A DNA stretch of 50,010 nucleotides. Origin: a virus. The notes beneath the pieces were generated by a model that searched no databases, was not told the DNA's origin, and was given only the letters and a program-made list of their open reading frames with translations. Location of the stretch: IMG/VR virus record IMGVR_UViG_3300048913_000097. One strand, written 5' to 3'. Made by a program: the position numbers and the translations under genes. This document shows, piece after piece, positions 48,640-50,010 of the stretch. Each line of letters opens with the position of its first letter. The first letter of the stretch is position 1.

Positions 48640-49121
48640 ACAAGGCCCTCTGTCGGTTTTTCGTCGGTGACTGTGGATGTGACAGAGGCGCGCATGCGCC
48701 CCGTGTCGATAAGGGGGTTATCCGATCCCTTCTTGGCGATTGTATACGGTGCGTTGGGTGGTGTCTTCAGGTCCGTGATGTACTGCTGAGTCGCCCCAGC
48801 CGCCAAGATGCCGACACCCTCGATGACCGTGTCAAGGTTTGCACCTTTGCCGATCTGGTCGCGAACGTAATCGATCACATCAACCGTACCTGACTGCACG
48901 CCGACGTCGAGCCAGGGGCGTGCTGGAATCTTAGGGGGTCCATCAGTACCGAAGTGCTGAAGCGCGCCGAGTTCAGCCTCGGTCATCTGCTCACCTTCGA
49001 CTTTTCCGGCATCCTCATGAATTCCGACGAGCGCGTACTTGCCCCCGCGAAACGTTTTCAGTTCCGTTTTCAGTTTGTCGACGGCCCGTTGGAAGTCAAC
49101 GGTTTTCAGGGAGATAGCCAT
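48636..49121 (-). CDS. HK97 gp10-like head-tail attachment protein
   Basis: ...PNAPYTIAKKGSDNPLIDTGRMRASV is typical of the gp10 family. No SD upstream of the ATG. Confidence 0.72.
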   Translation of the reverse strand: MAISLKTVDFQRAVDKLKTELKTFRGGKYALVGIHEDAGKVEGEQMTEAELGALQHFGTDGPPKIPARPWLDVGVQSGTVDVIDYVRDQIGKGANLDTVIEGVGILAAGATQQYITDLKTPPNAPYTIAKKGSDNPLIDTGRMRASVTSTVTDEKPTEGLV

Positions 49122-49159
49122 GGGTCGAATAATACCACAATGGTTGTCGTGACAATCCT

Positions 49160-49184
49160 TACCCCGGTAATTCTATACGGGGTA
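49160..49184 (-). promoter_or_regulatory. Leader inverted repeat TACCCCG-11 nt-CGGGGTA upstream of 48636..49121
   Basis: 7-bp arms and an 11-nt loop. It is the counterpart of 11974..12000. Confidence 0.55.
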
Positions 49185-49234
49185 GACATTCGGGGTATCG
49201 CTGAGAGTACCGGGATAGACACCTCCTTTTATTC

Positions 49235-49432
49235 TATACCCCGATACCCTTAATAAATAATATTAGAATAGGGATGGTATGTATGTAATACAGTAACGTA
49301 TATAGCCAGCGGCGTGAGAGTGAGATCGATGCGGGGTATTCGGTTAACACCCCTCAAACCCGCGTGCTAGAGCGCTAGAATCGTACCCCGGATAGTTTGC
49401 GAGTTTCGGGGTACGGGGTATGGTTTCAGCAC
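49235..49432. repeat. Dispersed repeat B (homologous to 12049..12260)
   Basis: It has the same three conserved blocks in the same order and orientation as copy A. Confidence 0.9.
49299..49347 (-). promoter_or_regulatory. Candidate activator-dependent late promoter B (drives neck/tail operon)
   Basis: Minus strand reads CCGAATACCCCGCATCGATCTCAC-15 nt-TATATA. The geometry is the same as in copy A. Confidence 0.45.
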
Positions 49433-49434
49433 CG

Positions 49435-49565
49435 GTGACCCTAGAAAAGACATTTCATGACTAGATAGTCGTTACTGGTCACTCTGTGACTACTGGGTCG
49501 TCTTCATTTCCGTGACTGGAAAATTACAGTGGACGTTCTGTGACTATTTGACATGATCTGGTCAC
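49435..49565. promoter_or_regulatory. Cluster of GTGAC/GTCAC boxes upstream of promoter 49586
   Basis: GTGAC at 49435, 49486, 49512 and 49540. GTCAC at 49478 and 49561. The extended context is YGTGACTR. Confidence 0.45.
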
Positions 49566-49585
49566 TGAGTACCTGACCAACGGTA

Positions 49586-49614
49586 TTGACGAACCCGTCA
49601 TTCTGGATAATACT
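49586..49614 (+). promoter_or_regulatory. Operator-promoter: TTGACG-N17-AATACT, dyad 49587-49600 (island I)
   Basis: TTGACGaacccgtcattctggatAATACT. The dyad is identical to the one at 9562. Confidence 0.55.
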
Positions 49615-49648
49615 GACCCTACTGAAACGAACAACGGAGCAAGATGAG

Positions 49649-49771
49649 ATGAAATACGTAATCGGTGTAAACGACCCAAGACCTTCTAAACGCCCAGCAA
49701 GAGGTATGCAGTGGGTTCGAATGAAGGGTGGGCCCCTGGACGGTCAATGGGTACAGCGCCCCCGGACCTGA
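49649..49771 (+). CDS. Hypothetical small basic protein, 40 aa
   Basis: GGAG 8 nt upstream of the in-frame ATG 49649. The track ORF start at 49586 lies inside the promoter. Confidence 0.42.
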   Translation: MKYVIGVNDPRPSKRPARGMQWVRMKGGPLDGQWVQRPRT

Positions 49772-49780
49772 TCAGCCCTA

Positions 49781-49815
49781 CCCACCTCAAGCCCCTTAAC
49801 TGGGGCTAAGTCAGT
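49781..49815 (+). promoter_or_regulatory. Conserved 35-nt hairpin element, copy 2 (sense on plus strand)
   Basis: cccacCtcaAGCCCCttaactGGGGCTAagtcagt matches the reverse complement of 15828..15862 at 33/35 positions. Confidence 0.8.
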
Positions 49816-49883
49816 GCCGCACAGACATGACAACGACGGTGCTACACATGCACGGACGCTACCCAACCTAAACACTTGAGGTA

Positions 49884-50010
49884 GTGCACCATGAACGCTC
49901 AAACATTAGCAGTGGACTTCACCAACATCGCACGCAAAGCCAAAGGCGTGGAAAGCGCCGCAAACGGGATGTTCTCGACCTTGAAGGCTGAGGACGTTGC
50001 CGACCTGGGT
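49884..50010. repeat. Exact terminal duplication, copy 2 (identical to 1..127)
   Basis: See copy 1. Confidence 0.95.

Noticed and set aside
49129-49157. Leaderless promoter (TTGTCA-N15-TATTAT, 7 nt before ATG 49121)
   Set aside because: The -10 is good and would explain the missing SD. However, the spacer is only 15 nt, or the -35 is poor at 17 nt. I keep it only as an alternative to late promoter B.
49677-49700. tRNA-like T-loop GGTTCGAAT
   Set aside because: The flanking bases cannot form a T-stem or an acceptor stem. The sequence lies inside the 40-aa ORF.
1-50010. Lysogeny module, tRNA or rRNA genes, toxin-antitoxin pairs, reverse transcriptase/DGR or retron
   Set aside because: No ORF shows integrase, recombinase, CI/Cro or RT motifs that I can recognise, and no tRNA cloverleaf was seen. 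Absence by eye is not proof. Profile searches are needed.

Overview
The window is one complete tailed-phage genome. Bases 1-127 recur exactly at 49884-50010, so the unit is 49,883 bp and circular or circularly permuted. The 127-bp overlap looks like an assembly closure and is not proven to be a physical terminal repeat. I found no rRNA, tRNA, CRISPR array, integrase or CI-type lysogeny module. Spanins and GGAG-type ribosome-binding sites indicate a Gram-negative host.

Gene layout:
(1) A minus-strand packaging and head module runs from TerS (11928) through TerL, a DUF1073-type portal, a MuF/SPP1-gp7-like protein, a DUF2213-type scaffold, a decoration protein, a DUF2184-type major capsid protein and a DUF4054-like connector ending at 1168.
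(2) This module continues across the circular junction into a minus-strand neck, contractile-tail, baseplate and fibre module (49121 down to 34153).
(3) A minus-strand early/DNA-metabolism block runs from 25456 down to 12462. It encodes an SF2 helicase, a Lar-like zinc protein, VRR-NUC, a C5 methyltransferase, a mini TetR-like protein, a T5orf172-type endonuclease-like gene, a primase-helicase, about 20 small ORFs and two HTH proteins.
(4) A plus-strand replication operon (25537-32273) encodes a DUF2800-like nuclease, a gp2.5-like SSB, a DnaQ-like exonuclease and a family-B DNA polymerase.
(5) A plus-strand lysis cassette lies at 33167-34179.

Most interesting signals, all read from sequence only:
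- A 12-copy TGACG-N4-CGTCA palindrome is fused to sigma70-like promoters.
- Six self-promoted islands, five of them antisense, interrupt the morphogenesis operon.
- Two homologous ~200-bp elements rich in ATACCCCG boxes sit upstream of the two late operons and look like activator-dependent late promoters with leaders.
- A 35-nt hairpin element is conserved (33/35) in the sense orientation downstream of two different early promoters, in a nut-like position.
- An orphan promoter plus terminator may specify a small RNA.
- A PWDARIH peptide is shared by two replication proteins.

All family names are recalled from motifs. No database search was run.
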